Assembly: GCA_017531805.1 (NCBI GenBank)
Contig: JAFXKG010000006.1
Span: 21,395-85,394 of the forward strand
DNA: 64,000 nt
Source of the DNA: Clostridia bacterium
GTDB taxonomy: Bacteria; Bacillota; Clostridia; Christensenellales; UBA1242
Reading direction: 5' to 3'
Positions 43,535-54,441 of the stretch are shown here, one piece after another. The notes beneath the pieces are model-generated. The model saw nothing but the letters and a program-made list of their open reading frames with translations. It did no database searches and had not been told where the DNA came from. The translations under genes and the position numbers were made by a program. Every line of letters starts with the position of its first letter. Position 1 is the stretch's first letter.

Positions 43535-44752
43535 CTATAATGTATAGCCATTTTCTTCTAACAATTCTTGAGCGCTTTCCACAGAATCTACTCCGGATTT
43601 GTTTTTTATTGGGGCAAATTCTTTTTCTCTAGCAACTTCAAAAGGCAAACAATTGGATGCAAGTTCAACCATGTCAACACAAAGCATTTCAAATTTATGT
43701 GCATTTGGTGTTTCAGGTTTTACGTGTTCACCTTTTTCATTTATGTGATTAACTTTTTTTGTTACAATATGAATTGGCAATTTTTTATCTTTAATTTTAT
43801 AAAGCAAATCTATGCTGAAAAGATAATTTAAAATAACTCCAAAATTGTATAATCTTTCTCCGTTGTCATCTACTGCTGTTGCCATTTCTTCTGTTAAGTC
43901 TATATATTCAACAACAGAAGGCTTGCCGTTTTTAAGACACATAACACCAACTTTTTCGTATGGGTCTACTTTTCTGATTACTTTTGAACTTACTTCATAA
44001 CCGCCAGAAAGGGTGGCGCCAATAAATACAGGGTCTGCAATTTGTTGCAAAACATTATCGACAGCAAATACGTTTATCCATTTTAGGTTGTGTTTTTTAA
44101 GCATTTGATGTGCTTCTTTGTTGTTTAACAAAGAGTTAAACCAACCACCGTTTCCGTTTGGTGACGTTGCAACTTTGTTTTTTTCTTCTAACAATACTTT
44201 ACCACTTAAGTCTACACAAGGTGCCATATCTTGAATAAAGAAACTAATATAATTTTCATCGTATCCAAAGTAGTTATGCTCTTTTAAAAACTCAATTGTT
44301 TCTGCATTATTACTTTCGCTTGTCATAATAAAGAAAGGTATAAACTTACCACATTTTTTTACCACTTCTAAAGTGTTTTCAAAAAGTCTTTGAAAAATGT
44401 AAACATTTTTTGTTTTGTCAATATTAAACATGCCTTTTGGCTTGTCTGAGCCAAGTCTTGTACCCATACCGCCTGCTAAAAGCAAAATTCCAATTTCTTG
44501 ATTTTTAAGTGCTTCAATACCAATAGTTTCAAAAGTTTGTCTTTGTTTTTGAATTTCAGAAATAGTCATTGCTTTAATTGGAGTGATTACACTTTCACTT
44601 GACTTTTCGCCTTGATTAAGAGATTGAAGATATGAAAAGTCTAATGAATTGATTTGGTTATATAGTTGGTTTCTCTCAATGTCTGATATTTCTTTTTCAA
44701 ATTGAACCAAGTGAAGTTGATTTAATTCTTCTAATTTTTTTCTAATAAGCAT
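43535..44752 (-). CDS. UDPGP-family (eukaryotic-type) UDP-sugar / UDP-N-acetylhexosamine pyrophosphorylase
   Basis: LLLAGGMGTRLGSDKPKGM, SPNGNGG and a left-handed C-terminal region. The terminator hairpin overlaps the stop codon (43522-43549). Confidence 0.75.
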   Translation of the reverse strand: MLIRKKLEELNQLHLVQFEKEISDIERNQLYNQINSLDFSYLQSLNQGEKSSESVITPIKAMTISEIQKQRQTFETIGIEALKNQEIGILLLAGGMGTRLGSDKPKGMFNIDKTKNVYIFQRLFENTLEVVKKCGKFIPFFIMTSESNNAETIEFLKEHNYFGYDENYISFFIQDMAPCVDLSGKVLLEEKNKVATSPNGNGGWFNSLLNNKEAHQMLKKHNLKWINVFAVDNVLQQIADPVFIGATLSGGYEVSSKVIRKVDPYEKVGVMCLKNGKPSVVEYIDLTEEMATAVDDNGERLYNFGVILNYLFSIDLLYKIKDKKLPIHIVTKKVNHINEKGEHVKPETPNAHKFEMLCVDMVELASNCLPFEVAREKEFAPIKNKSGVDSVESAQELLEENGYTL

Positions 44753-44984
44753 AAATATTTGTCTCCTGTTGCTATTATATAAGAATTTTAAAGATTTTAC
44801 AAATGTTTTGCTGTTTAAGTTCTAAATAACTTCAAAAAGGAATATATTTAATTTTTATGATTTTCAAATTTACTTGTGAACAAATTTAAAAATTGAGCGT
44901 AATATGTAGTATACAAAAGAAAATAAATGCACTAAAGACAAAATCTTTTGTAGTACATATTGAAATACATTTTAGGAGGAACTT

Positions 44985-45191
44985 ATGTTCAACAAATTTT
45001 TTGGCGGAAACGACTGCGGTTGTGGCCATGACACTGGTTGCAACAGCGGATGCGACTGCACTTGGATTATTATTTTAATCTTATTGCTTTGCAACTGCGG
45101 ATGCAAAATTGACCCATGCTTGCTTATCATAATTTTATTGTTACTTTGCGGTTGTGGCTGTGGTGGCAAAAAAGATAAAGATTTCTGTTAA
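44985..45191 (+). CDS. small Cys/Gly-rich hydrophobic peptide (68 aa, 17 Cys, repeated CGC motifs, two Leu/Ile-rich segments)
   Basis: TAGGAGGA RBS, and a terminator immediately downstream. The sequence reads ..DCGCGHDTGCNSGCDCTWIIILILLLCNCGCKIDPCLLIIILLLLCGCGCGG.. Confidence 0.5.
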   Translation: MFNKFFGGNDCGCGHDTGCNSGCDCTWIIILILLLCNCGCKIDPCLLIIILLLLCGCGCGGKKDKDFC

Positions 45192-45223
45192 TCAAAAAGC
45201 AAGAAGCTTGTAATTCCAAAGAT

Positions 45224-45252
45224 AAAAGAAGGTTTTGTGCCTTCTTTTTTTT
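45224..45252 (+). terminator. intrinsic terminator
   Basis: Stem AAGAAGG (45226-45232) / CCTTCTT (45240-45246) followed by a T-run. Confidence 0.8.
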
Positions 45253-45366
45253 GTTTAGGCATTAAACATCAACAAAAAGTTATAAATTGGTTTGGTTGGA
45301 CAAATTTTGTCTTTTTTAAGATAAAAATTGATGATAAAATTTATAAAAAATCTTTACCAAAATCTA

Positions 45367-45395
45367 TTGACATTACTTGTTTATTATGCTAAAAT
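45367..45395 (+). promoter_or_regulatory. sigma-70 promoter of rpoB-rpoC
   Basis: TTGACA (45367-45372), 17-nt spacer, TAAAAT (45390-45395). Confidence 0.6.
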
Positions 45396-45473
45396 TTACC
45401 AGTATGAATAATAGTCGCTACTAAAAAGTACCGTTTTTGGTGGTGATATTACAACTTAATAAGGAGTAAATGA

Positions 45474-48400
45474 ATGAATTCAACCACACTCAATATCAAA
45501 AAGTTGAAACAAGGCAAAGCAGAAAGAATGTCTTTTGCCAAACGTGAAGTCCCTTATGTTATGCCAGACTTGCTTAACATACAAAAGGATAGCTACAAAA
45601 AGTTCTTAGAGGAAGATATTGGTGAAATTCTTAATGAGTTTAATCCTATTATAGACTACTCTAACAAAGCAGAGTTGTCTTTTTTGGGTTATGCTATAGA
45701 AAAAACACCAAAATACTCTTGGGCAGAATGTAAGCGTAGAGGTGTAAGTTACACTGTTCCACTTAAAGTAAACGTGCGTTTGCTTGTTAAAGAAACTGGT
45801 CAAATCATGGATCAAGAAGTGTTTATGGGCGATATCCCTTATATGTCTAAGGATGGTTCGTTCATATGCAATGGTGTAGAAAGGGTTGTTTTAAACCAAC
45901 TTATCAAGTCACCAGGTGTTATATTTGACGGACAAATCAACAAGTATGGTCGTATGGACTACTTTGGTAGTGTACAACCAAGCTACGGTATGTGGGTTCA
46001 AACAGAACAAGTTACTGGAGATTGCCTTCGCGCTATTGTAGAACGCAAGTTCAAAATGAGTTTGGGCGTTTTCTTAAAATGTTTTGGTTACACCAACGAA
46101 GAATTGTTGGATATTTTTGCTCACCATCCATTTATCGTTAACACTCTTGATAAAGAGCCACAAATCACACAAGAAGACGCTTTAATTGAATTTGGTCGTC
46201 GTACACGCCCAGGTGAAATCCCTAACCCAGACAATACATTATCATATATCAACGACCGTTTCTTCAATCAACAACATTATAATTTAGAAAAAGTTGGTCG
46301 TTTCAAAATCAACAAAAAATTGTCAGTTGCAAACCGTATCACTGATCAAATTGCTGCAAAAGATATCAAATCTGGCAAAAAATTATTTGTATCTCAAGGC
46401 GAACTTATCACAAAAGATGTTGCTACAGCAATCCAAAATGCAGGTATCAACGAAGTTGACATTTTGGTAGAAGATAAAGTAGTGCGTGTTGTTGGTAACA
46501 AACGCGTTGACCTAAAAGCGTATACAAAACTTAATCCAGAAGAATTTGGTATTACAGAACTTGTATATCTTCCACTTCTTCAAGAAATTATCAAAGCAAA
46601 CAAAGATGATAGCGACGCATTAAAGGCAGCAATCAGAGCAAATGCAAGAAAACTTGAAGATTATCAAGTTACTTTAGACGACTTTATCGGTATGGTAAGT
46701 TATCACTTAAATATGATTGACGGCATTGGCGAAAAGGACGAAATTGACAACTTGTCTATGAGACGTGTTGCAACATCTGGCGAACTTCTTCGTGACGAAT
46801 TCCGTAGAGGCATGTCAAAACTTCAAGCTCAAGTGCGCGAAAGTTTGCAAAGCCGTGACTTGACAGATATCACTCCAAGTCAAATCGTAAACGCAAGACA
46901 CATCAATAAAGTATTTAAAGAATTTATGGCAACAAGCCAACTTTCAGCATTGATGGATCAAATCAACCCAGCTGCAAGTTTGCGTCATAAACGTCGTTTA
47001 AGTTCGTTTGGTCCAGGTGGTGTTAAAAAAGAACGTGCTACTGTAGAAGTGCGTGACATCAACCCTTCTCACTACGGACGTATATGTGTGGCGGAAACTC
47101 CAGAAGGTCAACCTATTGGTTTGATGACATCTCTTGCAAGTTACGCACGCGTAAATAGATATGGATTTATAGAAACTCCTTATAGGAAAGTAGATCCTAC
47201 TACAAGGAAAATTACAAATGAATTAGTATTCATGATGGCAGACGAAGAACGTGGCCACTATATTGCACAAGCAACAGTTGATGTAAACGAAGACAACACT
47301 ATCAAAAGTGGTTACATCGATGCTCGTCACAATGGTTTGGCAGAAAAAGTTGATGCTAGCATGATCGACTTAGTAGAACTTAGCCCTAGACAAGAATTGT
47401 CTGTTGGTGCAAGCCTTATCCCATTTGTAGAACACAGCCCAGGTAACCGTGCCTTGATGGGTTCTAACATGCAGGCGCAAGCAGTTCCAGTGCTTAGAGC
47501 AGATAGCCCTATTGTAGGTACTGGTATCGAACATAAAATCGCAGTAGACTCTGGCGTTGTTGTATTGGCAGAACAAGACGGCGTATGTAAATACGTTTCT
47601 GCAGATTACATCACTATGGAGTATGCAGATGGTAGCATTGTAAATCACAAATTACGTAAGTTTGAAAGAACAAACGAAAAAGCTTGTTTCAACCAAAAAC
47701 CTCTTGTAAAGAAAGGTGAAAAGGTTAAAAAAGGTGATGTTCTTGCAGACGGTCCTTCAACAGACAAAGGTGAAGTAGCTCTTGGTAAAAATATGACAGT
47801 AGCTTTCATCAACTGGGAAGGTTTCAACTACGAAGACGCTATCTTGGTTAACGAAAGAGTAGTTCGTGACGATGCTTATACATCAATTAGTATCCAACAA
47901 GTTAAAGTTGAAGCAAGAACAACAAAACTTGGCGATGAAGAAATTACAAGAGATATCTCAGGTGTAAGCGAAGAAGCATTAAAGAATTTGGACGAAAACG
48001 GTATTGTACGCGTTGGTACAGAAGTTAAAGTTGGTGATATCCTTGTAGGTAAAGTTACACCAAAAGGTGAAACAGACTTAACACCAGAAGAAAGATTGTT
48101 GAAAGCAATCTTTGGTGAAAAGACAAAAGAAGTTAAAAACACATCTTTAAAAGTTAAACATGGCGAAGAAGGTGTGGTTGTCGGCATCGAAATCTTGTCT
48201 CGTAAAAACAAAGATGAACTTGATGCAGGCGTAAATATGCAAGTAAAGGTGTTTATCGCTCAAAAACGTGTACTTCAAGTTGGTGATAAACTTGCTGGTC
48301 GTTATGGTAACAAAGGTGTTATATCAGTTGTTCTTCCTGAAAGCGATATGCCTTATATGCCAAATGGTGAAACAGTTGATATCTGTTTGAACCCATTGGG

Positions 48401-49148
48401 TATCCCTTCACGTATGAACTTGAGTCAGTTGTTGGAAATCCACTTAGGATGGGCAGCAAAACATCTTGATTGGAAGGTTGCAACTCCGGGCTTTGACGGT
48501 GCTACAGAAGAAGAAATCAAAGAATTGTTAAAAGCAAACAACTTGCCAGAAGATGGTAAGATGCAATTATACGATGGTCGTACAGGTCTTCCGTTTGAAA
48601 ACAAAACATCAGTTGGTGTTATGTACATGTTAAAACTTGACCACATGGTAGAAGACAAAATTCACGCTCGTGGTATCGGAACATATGCGCTTATCACTCA
48701 ACAACCACTTGGTGGACGTAGTCAACTTGGTGGACAACGTTTTGGTGAAATGGAAGTGTGGGCATTGGAAGCTTATGGTGCATCAAGATTGTTGCAAGAA
48801 ATGCTTACAATCAAGTCGGACGACGTTGAAGGTCGTATCAAGACTTACGAAGCAATCGTTAAAGGTGAACCTATACCAGAGCCTGGTATGCCAGAATCCT
48901 TTAAAGTATTGGTTAAAGAAATGCAAGGTTTGTGCTTAGATGTCAAGATATTGACAGCAGACAATCACGAATTGACTATTAACGAAGTCAGCGAAGAAGG
49001 TGAAGAAATCACAGCAGTTGAACCAGTTAATAAGCAAGCGCTTGAAGATGTTACACTTGCATTTGATGATATACAAAAAGAATTTGAATCAGACATCGCA
49101 AGCAGTGTGTTTGATGAGTCTGAATTATTCGATGACTTAGATGATTAA
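45474..49148 (+). CDS. rpoB: DNA-directed RNA polymerase subunit beta
   Basis: 1224 aa with unmistakable RpoB motifs (GRYGNKGVIS, NPLGIPSRMN, GGQRFGEMEVWALEAYGA). Confidence 0.98.
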   Translation: MNSTTLNIKKLKQGKAERMSFAKREVPYVMPDLLNIQKDSYKKFLEEDIGEILNEFNPIIDYSNKAELSFLGYAIEKTPKYSWAECKRRGVSYTVPLKVNVRLLVKETGQIMDQEVFMGDIPYMSKDGSFICNGVERVVLNQLIKSPGVIFDGQINKYGRMDYFGSVQPSYGMWVQTEQVTGDCLRAIVERKFKMSLGVFLKCFGYTNEELLDIFAHHPFIVNTLDKEPQITQEDALIEFGRRTRPGEIPNPDNTLSYINDRFFNQQHYNLEKVGRFKINKKLSVANRITDQIAAKDIKSGKKLFVSQGELITKDVATAIQNAGINEVDILVEDKVVRVVGNKRVDLKAYTKLNPEEFGITELVYLPLLQEIIKANKDDSDALKAAIRANARKLEDYQVTLDDFIGMVSYHLNMIDGIGEKDEIDNLSMRRVATSGELLRDEFRRGMSKLQAQVRESLQSRDLTDITPSQIVNARHINKVFKEFMATSQLSALMDQINPAASLRHKRRLSSFGPGGVKKERATVEVRDINPSHYGRICVAETPEGQPIGLMTSLASYARVNRYGFIETPYRKVDPTTRKITNELVFMMADEERGHYIAQATVDVNEDNTIKSGYIDARHNGLAEKVDASMIDLVELSPRQELSVGASLIPFVEHSPGNRALMGSNMQAQAVPVLRADSPIVGTGIEHKIAVDSGVVVLAEQDGVCKYVSADYITMEYADGSIVNHKLRKFERTNEKACFNQKPLVKKGEKVKKGDVLADGPSTDKGEVALGKNMTVAFINWEGFNYEDAILVNERVVRDDAYTSISIQQVKVEARTTKLGDEEITRDISGVSEEALKNLDENGIVRVGTEVKVGDILVGKVTPKGETDLTPEERLLKAIFGEKTKEVKNTSLKVKHGEEGVVVGIEILSRKNKDELDAGVNMQVKVFIAQKRVLQVGDKLAGRYGNKGVISVVLPESDMPYMPNGETVDICLNPLGIPSRMNLSQLLEIHLGWAAKHLDWKVATPGFDGATEEEIKELLKANNLPEDGKMQLYDGRTGLPFENKTSVGVMYMLKLDHMVEDKIHARGIGTYALITQQPLGGRSQLGGQRFGEMEVWALEAYGASRLLQEMLTIKSDDVEGRIKTYEAIVKGEPIPEPGMPESFKVLVKEMQGLCLDVKILTADNHELTINEVSEEGEEITAVEPVNKQALEDVTLAFDDIQKEFESDIASSVFDESELFDDLDD

Positions 49149-49179
49149 TCGTTCAAAAAATATATAGGAGAAGAAAAGA

Positions 49180-52100
49180 ATGTTTGAATTAAACAATTTT
49201 GACTCAATCCGCGTTTCAATCGCTTCACCAGAGACTATCAGAAGTTGGTCTCGTGGTGAGGTGACTAAACCAGAAACAATCAACTATCGTACGCAAAAAC
49301 CAGAAAAAGATGGTTTGTTCTGCGAACGTATTTTTGGACCTAAAAAAGACTGGGAATGTCACTGCGGAAAGTATAAAAGAGTTAGATACAGAGGCGTTGT
49401 CTGTGACAAGTGTGGCGCAGAAGTTACACGTAGCAAAGTTAGACGTGAACGTATGGGTCATATCGAACTTGCTTGTCCAGTAAGCCATATTTGGTTCTTC
49501 AAGGGTGTGCCATCTCGTATTGGTATTGTACTTGATATGTCTCCAAAACTTTTGGACGAAGTATTGTACTACGTAAGTTACGTTGTGCTAGACCCTAAGA
49601 ACACAGATTTCACTTATAAACAAGTTATTCGTGATAGAGAATATCGCGAAGCACTTGAAAAATACGGCCCAAACGGCTTTAGAGCTGGCATGGGTGCAGA
49701 AGCAATCAAAGAATTGCTTAATGATATCGACCTTGAAAAAGAACGCGAAGAATTATCTCAAATTATGCACACTTCTAAAGGTCAAAAGAAGCTTAAAGCT
49801 ACTAAAAAATTGGAAGTTGTTGAAGCTTTCATCAAAAGTGGCAACAAACCAAGTTGGATGATTTTGGACGTTGTTCCGGTTATTCCACCAGATTTGCGTC
49901 CACTTGTTCAAATTGACGGTGGCAAATTTGCTGCTTCAGATTTAAACGATTTGTATCGTCGTGTAATCAACCGTAACAATCGTTTAAAGAAATTGATGGA
50001 ACTTGGTGCTCCAGAAATTATCGTACGTAACGAAAAACGTATGTTACAAGAGTCTGTAGACGCATTGTTTGACAACGGTAAACGTGGTCGTCCAGTACAA
50101 GGCAGTCGTCAACGTGATTTGAAATCACTTACTGCATCTTTAAAGGGTAAACATGGTCGTTTCCGTCAAAACTTGTTAGGTAAACGTGTAGACTATTCTG
50201 GTCGTTCAGTTATCGTTGTTGGTCCAGAACTTAAAGTTTATCAATGTGGTTTGCCTAAAATGATGGCTCTTGAATTGTTCCGTCCGTTTATCATCAAAAG
50301 ATTGCTTGAAATCAATGCTACAAACAACTTGAAGAAAGCAACTCGTATGATAGAACAAGAACGTCCAGTGGTTTATGATGTGTTGCAAGAAGTTGTTCAA
50401 GGACACCCAGTGCTTTTGAACCGTGCTCCTACACTTCACAAACTTAGTGTACAAGCATTTGAACCTATCCTAGTTGAAGGTAAAGCAATCAGACTACCGC
50501 CTTTGGCATGTAGTGGCTTTAACGCCGACTTCGACGGTGACCAAATGAGTATGCACGTTCCGTTGTCAGTAGAAGCTAGAACAGAAGCTAGAATGTTGTT
50601 GCTTGCTTCTAACAACGTTTTAAAACCAAGTGATGGTGCTCCTAACATGGTGCCATCTCAAGATATGATTTTGGGTAACTACTATCTAACCGTTATCCGT
50701 GAAGGTTCTAAGGGCGAAGGCATGACTTTTGCAAACGAAGACGAAGCAATGCTTGCATACGAAAATGGTATGTTAAGCTTGCAAGCAAAAATCAACCTTA
50801 GACGTACAGTTGAGTTCGAAGGTGAAACAATCACTGGCAGAACAGAAACTTCTCTTGGTCGTATTATATTTAACGGTATTATTCCTCAAGATTTAGGTCT
50901 TGTAGACAGAAGCAAAAAAGAAAATGCTTTTGAATATGAAATCAATCAAGAAGTTAAAAAAGGTCTTTACAAAAACCTTATCGAAACTTGTTATCGTAAA
51001 CATGGTACAAACACAACAGTTACTATGATCGACAACATGAAAAATATGGGTTATAAATACAGTACATTGAGTTCAATATCTTTCTCTATCTTCGATTTGA
51101 CAGAAGCAAAAGAAAGAGACGAAATCATTGCAGAATCTGAAAAATTGCACAAGCAAAATGATGATTTGTATATGCAAGGTTTCATTAACTACGAAGATAA
51201 AAAGTCAAAAAATATGACTATTTGGGAAAATACAACTCAAAGTCTTATCCGCGTTACAGCTGACCAAATGGATAGATTCAATCCTTTGAAAGTTATCTTG
51301 GTTTCTGGTGCGCGTGGTAGTGAAACTCAATTAAAACAACTTTCTGGTATGTTGGGTAACATGGACGCTGCTTCAGGTGGTATATCTGACGTTCCAGTTA
51401 AATCAAACTTCAGACGTGGCCTTACACCGCTAGAATATTATAGCGCTGCGCGTGGTAGCCGTAAGCAATTGATGGATACAGCGCTTAAAACAGCAGACTC
51501 TGGTTACTTGACAAAAAGACTTGTTGATATTGCTCAAGATACAACAATTACAGAACATGACTGTTTTGAAAATCTTGGTGAGTCAATTAAGGGTATAGAA
51601 GTTACTGAAATCAGACAAAATGGTTCAGTGGTTGAAACTCTTGAAAACAGAATAGTAGGTAGATTTACTGCTAGTGCAATTATCGATCCTAAAACTAAGA
51701 AAGAAATTTGTCCAGCAGATACATTTATCACTAATGACCTTGCAAAAGCAATCGTTGCAACAGGTACTGAAAAAGTAAATATCAGAAGCTTGCTTACATG
51801 TAAAGCAAAAACTGGTGTTTGTGCTAAATGTTATGGTAAAGACATGTCTACTAACGACATTGTTCATATTGGTGAAGCAGTTGGTGTTATCGCTGCTCAA
51901 TCAATTGGTGAACCAGGTACTCAGCTTGTATTGCGTACATTCCACAGTGGTGGTTCTGCATCTGCCGACATTACTACAGGTTTGCCACGTGTTGAAGAAA
52001 TTTTCGAAGCCCGTAATCCTAAAGGTGCTGCAGTTATTTCTGAAATTGGTGGTAAAGTTTCTATCAATCAAATCGACAAGCGTTTCGAAGTGGTTGTTAA

Positions 52101-52749
52101 AGGAACAACAGAAGAAAGTTACATCCTTCCATTTGGCTCTACAATCAAAGTTAAAAATGGTGATGTAGTTACTCCTGGTACAGCACTTACTGAAGGACCT
52201 CTAAACCCAAGAGATGTATTGCGTACTCGTGGTGTTAAAGCCGTACAAGAATACTTGCTTAACGAAGTATTAGAAGTGTACAAATCTCAATCAGTTTCAA
52301 TCAATGCAAAACACTTGGAAATCATCATCAAACAAATGCTTAGAAAAGTTAAAATCGAAAATGCTGGTGATACAAACTTGCTTCCTGGCGATATTGTAGA
52401 TATCCGCGTTTACGAAGAAGCGAACATGAAAGCATTGCAAGAAGGTGGTGTGCCTGCGACTGCAAAACGTGAGTTGCAAGGTATTACAAAAGCAAGCTTG
52501 ACAACAGAATCATTCTTGTCAGCTGCATCGTTCCAAGAGTCAAGCAATGTGTTGACAGAAGCTGCGCTTAAGGGTAAAGTAGACCACCTTGTAGGTCTCA
52601 AGGAAAATATTATTATCGGTAAGATGATTCCAGCTGGTACTGGTGCTCCTCAATATAGAAATATCCTTCCAAAACAAATCAAAGCAGATGACGCTATGTT
52701 GGGCGACCAAGATATCGATATCAAATTTGATGACATTGACGAAGAATAA
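49180..52749 (+). CDS. rpoC: DNA-directed RNA polymerase subunit beta'
   Basis: 1189 aa. Zinc motif CHCGKYK..CDKCG, the catalytic NADFDGDQM and [10 protein letters not shown]. Confidence 0.98.
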   Translation: MFELNNFDSIRVSIASPETIRSWSRGEVTKPETINYRTQKPEKDGLFCERIFGPKKDWECHCGKYKRVRYRGVVCDKCGAEVTRSKVRRERMGHIELACPVSHIWFFKGVPSRIGIVLDMSPKLLDEVLYYVSYVVLDPKNTDFTYKQVIRDREYREALEKYGPNGFRAGMGAEAIKELLNDIDLEKEREELSQIMHTSKGQKKLKATKKLEVVEAFIKSGNKPSWMILDVVPVIPPDLRPLVQIDGGKFAASDLNDLYRRVINRNNRLKKLMELGAPEIIVRNEKRMLQESVDALFDNGKRGRPVQGSRQRDLKSLTASLKGKHGRFRQNLLGKRVDYSGRSVIVVGPELKVYQCGLPKMMALELFRPFIIKRLLEINATNNLKKATRMIEQERPVVYDVLQEVVQGHPVLLNRAPTLHKLSVQAFEPILVEGKAIRLPPLACSGFNADFDGDQMSMHVPLSVEARTEARMLLLASNNVLKPSDGAPNMVPSQDMILGNYYLTVIREGSKGEGMTFANEDEAMLAYENGMLSLQAKINLRRTVEFEGETITGRTETSLGRIIFNGIIPQDLGLVDRSKKENAFEYEINQEVKKGLYKNLIETCYRKHGTNTTVTMIDNMKNMGYKYSTLSSISFSIFDLTEAKERDEIIAESEKLHKQNDDLYMQGFINYEDKKSKNMTIWENTTQSLIRVTADQMDRFNPLKVILVSGARGSETQLKQLSGMLGNMDAASGGISDVPVKSNFRRGLTPLEYYSAARGSRKQLMDTALKTADSGYLTKRLVDIAQDTTITEHDCFENLGESIKGIEVTEIRQNGSVVETLENRIVGRFTASAIIDPKTKKEICPADTFITNDLAKAIVATGTEKVNIRSLLTCKAKTGVCAKCYGKDMSTNDIVHIGEAVGVIAAQSIGEPGTQLVLRTFHSGGSASADITTGLPRVEEIFEARNPKGAAVISEIGGKVSINQIDKRFEVVVKGTTEESYILPFGSTIKVKNGDVVTPGTALTEGPLNPRDVLRTRGVKAVQEYLLNEVLEVYKSQSVSINAKHLEIIIKQMLRKVKIENAGDTNLLPGDIVDIRVYEEANMKALQEGGVPATAKRELQGITKASLTTESFLSAASFQESSNVLTEAALKGKVDHLVGLKENIIIGKMIPAGTGAPQYRNILPKQIKADDAMLGDQDIDIKFDDIDEE

Positions 52750-52893
52750 TGTTAAAACCACATATCATGAGATATGTGGTTTTTCAATTATAGAGAATAA
52801 TGTTAAGACCACATATCGTAAGGTATGTGGTTTTTCAATTATAGAGAATAATGTTAAGACCACATACTAAAACAGTATGTGGTTTTTCAATCC
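52744..52893 (+). terminator. three tandem 51-nt repeat units, each an intrinsic terminator hairpin plus T-run, starting inside the last rpoC codons
   Basis: Units start at 52744, 52795 and 52846. Stems are ACCACATATC/GATATGTGGT, ACCACATATC/GGTATGTGGT and ACCACATAC/GTATGTGGT, each followed by TTTTT. Confidence 0.85.
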
Positions 52894-53121
52894 TTAATGT
52901 AAATATTTATAAAATAACATCTTTATGTAGTTAATAAAAAGTTCTAAAATTAATTATAGATAAATTAAAAAACAAATTTTAAAAAAATTAATTAAAAAAT
53001 TCAAAAAAATACTATTTTATAGTGGTTTTTGGATAATTAAAAAATTTAAAAGAAAATAGCAAAAAACTATTTACAAATTAATATTTTTATGTTATTATGT
53101 AGTCATAAATAAGGAGGACTT

Positions 53122-53409
53122 ATGCGTACAGTTAAAAGTTATCAATTAAGTGATGGTCGTTCAGAATTTACAGGTAGAAGGCTTCTTTCTGCTCAAAAAA
53201 TAGGTAAAAGAATTCCAGATTCTTCTAAACCAATTTTGTCAGAATCTGAAATTTTAAAAAGCCAAATCAAATTTGCTGATGGTCGTAAAACTGCATTTGA
53301 TGAAGTTTCTCCTATCTTTGAAGCTAATGCTGGTAAATCTGTTGATTTAAAAGGTATTAAGATCAATCAATTTGGTGAAATAGAAAGAGAAGAAGGTGTA
53401 ACAGTTTAA
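53122..53409 (+). CDS. hypothetical protein (95 aa)
   Basis: AAGGAGGA RBS. A-tract-rich upstream region with TTTACA-17-TATTAT. Terminator at 53416-53444. No family recognised. Confidence 0.4.
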   Translation: MRTVKSYQLSDGRSEFTGRRLLSAQKIGKRIPDSSKPILSESEILKSQIKFADGRKTAFDEVSPIFEANAGKSVDLKGIKINQFGEIEREEGVTV

Positions 53410-53522
53410 TACTATGCTCCCAAGATTTTTTGGGGGCTTTTTTCTTTCAAAAAATGTAATGTAATTTATTTTACATTCATATTTTTTTATGATATAATAA
53501 TTAAAATTTTGAGAGGTAGAAA

Positions 53523-53792
53523 ATGAAAGATTTAGTTTATCCTGCAGTTATATATAAAGATGACGAAAAAGGCACCAACACTGGTTGGTACACAATAGCA
53601 ATCCAAGATTTAGGCATTGTTACAGAAGGTGAAACAGTTGTAGAAGCATACATAAAAGCAAAAGAATATCTTTGTGCAATGGTTGACTGTGCAATCAAAT
53701 TTGATTGTGAAATTGAAGCACCATCTGATTTTGAAAAGGTTTATAGCGATAACAAAGGCAATATTGTCTTGTTGGTTGATGCGTTGGCTTAA
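53523..53792 (+). CDS. HicB-like (UPF0150 / HicB_lk_antitox) N-terminal-domain protein with no DNA-binding domain and no HicA neighbour
   Basis: YPAVIYKDDEKG..GWYTIAIQDLGIVTEGETVVEAYIKAKEYL follows the YPA.F..D..GGY.V.FPDLPGC.T.G.T.EEA pattern. Confidence 0.5.
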   Translation: MKDLVYPAVIYKDDEKGTNTGWYTIAIQDLGIVTEGETVVEAYIKAKEYLCAMVDCAIKFDCEIEAPSDFEKVYSDNKGNIVLLVDALA

Positions 53793-53804
53793 AAGGAATT
53801 GCTT

Positions 53805-54326
53805 ATGACAAAAGTGAACAGTCTAAACTGGGCACAATTGGACTTTTTGATAAACAATTTCTATGAAATTGTAGAGTATAAACGCGGTCGTGGTATATAT
53901 GGCGATAGAGTGATTTTAAAACGTCCAAGGCGTGCCGAATCTATTTTGGGTGAGCCTGACAGATTGGTAGAGTTCTATTATATGGATGCAAATGCAGTTA
54001 AAGAATTGCCAATGACAGTGTCGCTCCGCATCAAAAATATTATTCAATTTGTAACATCTCCGGAGCATATGAATGTGCTTTGTGAGTTTTCTTCAGAAAT
54101 TGATCCAGCAGAGTGGGCATTGGTTACTTCTGAGACATTTGCAAATGCAAAAACCATTGATTTTGAAATTCTTAATAATATTTTAATTGAGCGTTACAAG
54201 TTGCTTGATGGCAAGTTTTTGTCTAAGTTGAATAAACATAGAGAAAAACAATATTTTTTGGCAAGTAGTGATACATTTAATCTTATTTCAAAAGATTATG
54301 CTAACAAGCAAGTAACTCGTTTATAA
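53805..54326 (+). CDS. hypothetical protein (173 aa)
   Basis: The ATG at 53805 lies after the aaaagga RBS, 13 nt downstream of the HicB-like stop. A strong terminator follows. No family recognised. Confidence 0.4.
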   Translation: MTKVNSLNWAQLDFLINNFYEIVEYKRGRGIYGDRVILKRPRRAESILGEPDRLVEFYYMDANAVKELPMTVSLRIKNIIQFVTSPEHMNVLCEFSSEIDPAEWALVTSETFANAKTIDFEILNNILIERYKLLDGKFLSKLNKHREKQYFLASSDTFNLISKDYANKQVTRL

Positions 54327-54334
54327 CAATATTT

Positions 54335-54374
54335 CTAGTTATGTTTGGTTATTCGACATAACTAGTTTTTTTTC
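54335..54374 (+). terminator. intrinsic terminator
   Basis: 10-bp stem CTAGTTATGT (54335-54344) / ACATAACTAG (54356-54365) followed by a T8 run. Confidence 0.85.
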
Positions 54375-54441
54375 TTTTAATATTTTCTGTTTAAAATCTT
54401 AAACTATTTATGTGAAGTTTAGAAATATGGGCTTAATTTGT

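Noticed and set aside
52643-52870. 75-aa ORF with the repeated peptide NNVKTTY.
   Set aside because: It is produced by reading through the three tandem terminator repeats and the rpoC 3' end. It has no RBS, and its periodicity comes from the DNA repeat.
52744-52893. Possible mini-CRISPR array (regularly spaced repeats).
   Set aside because: There are only three units with a 51-nt period. The variable parts are just 4-7-nt hairpin loops, each unit ends in a T-run, and there are no cas genes. They are terminator hairpins.
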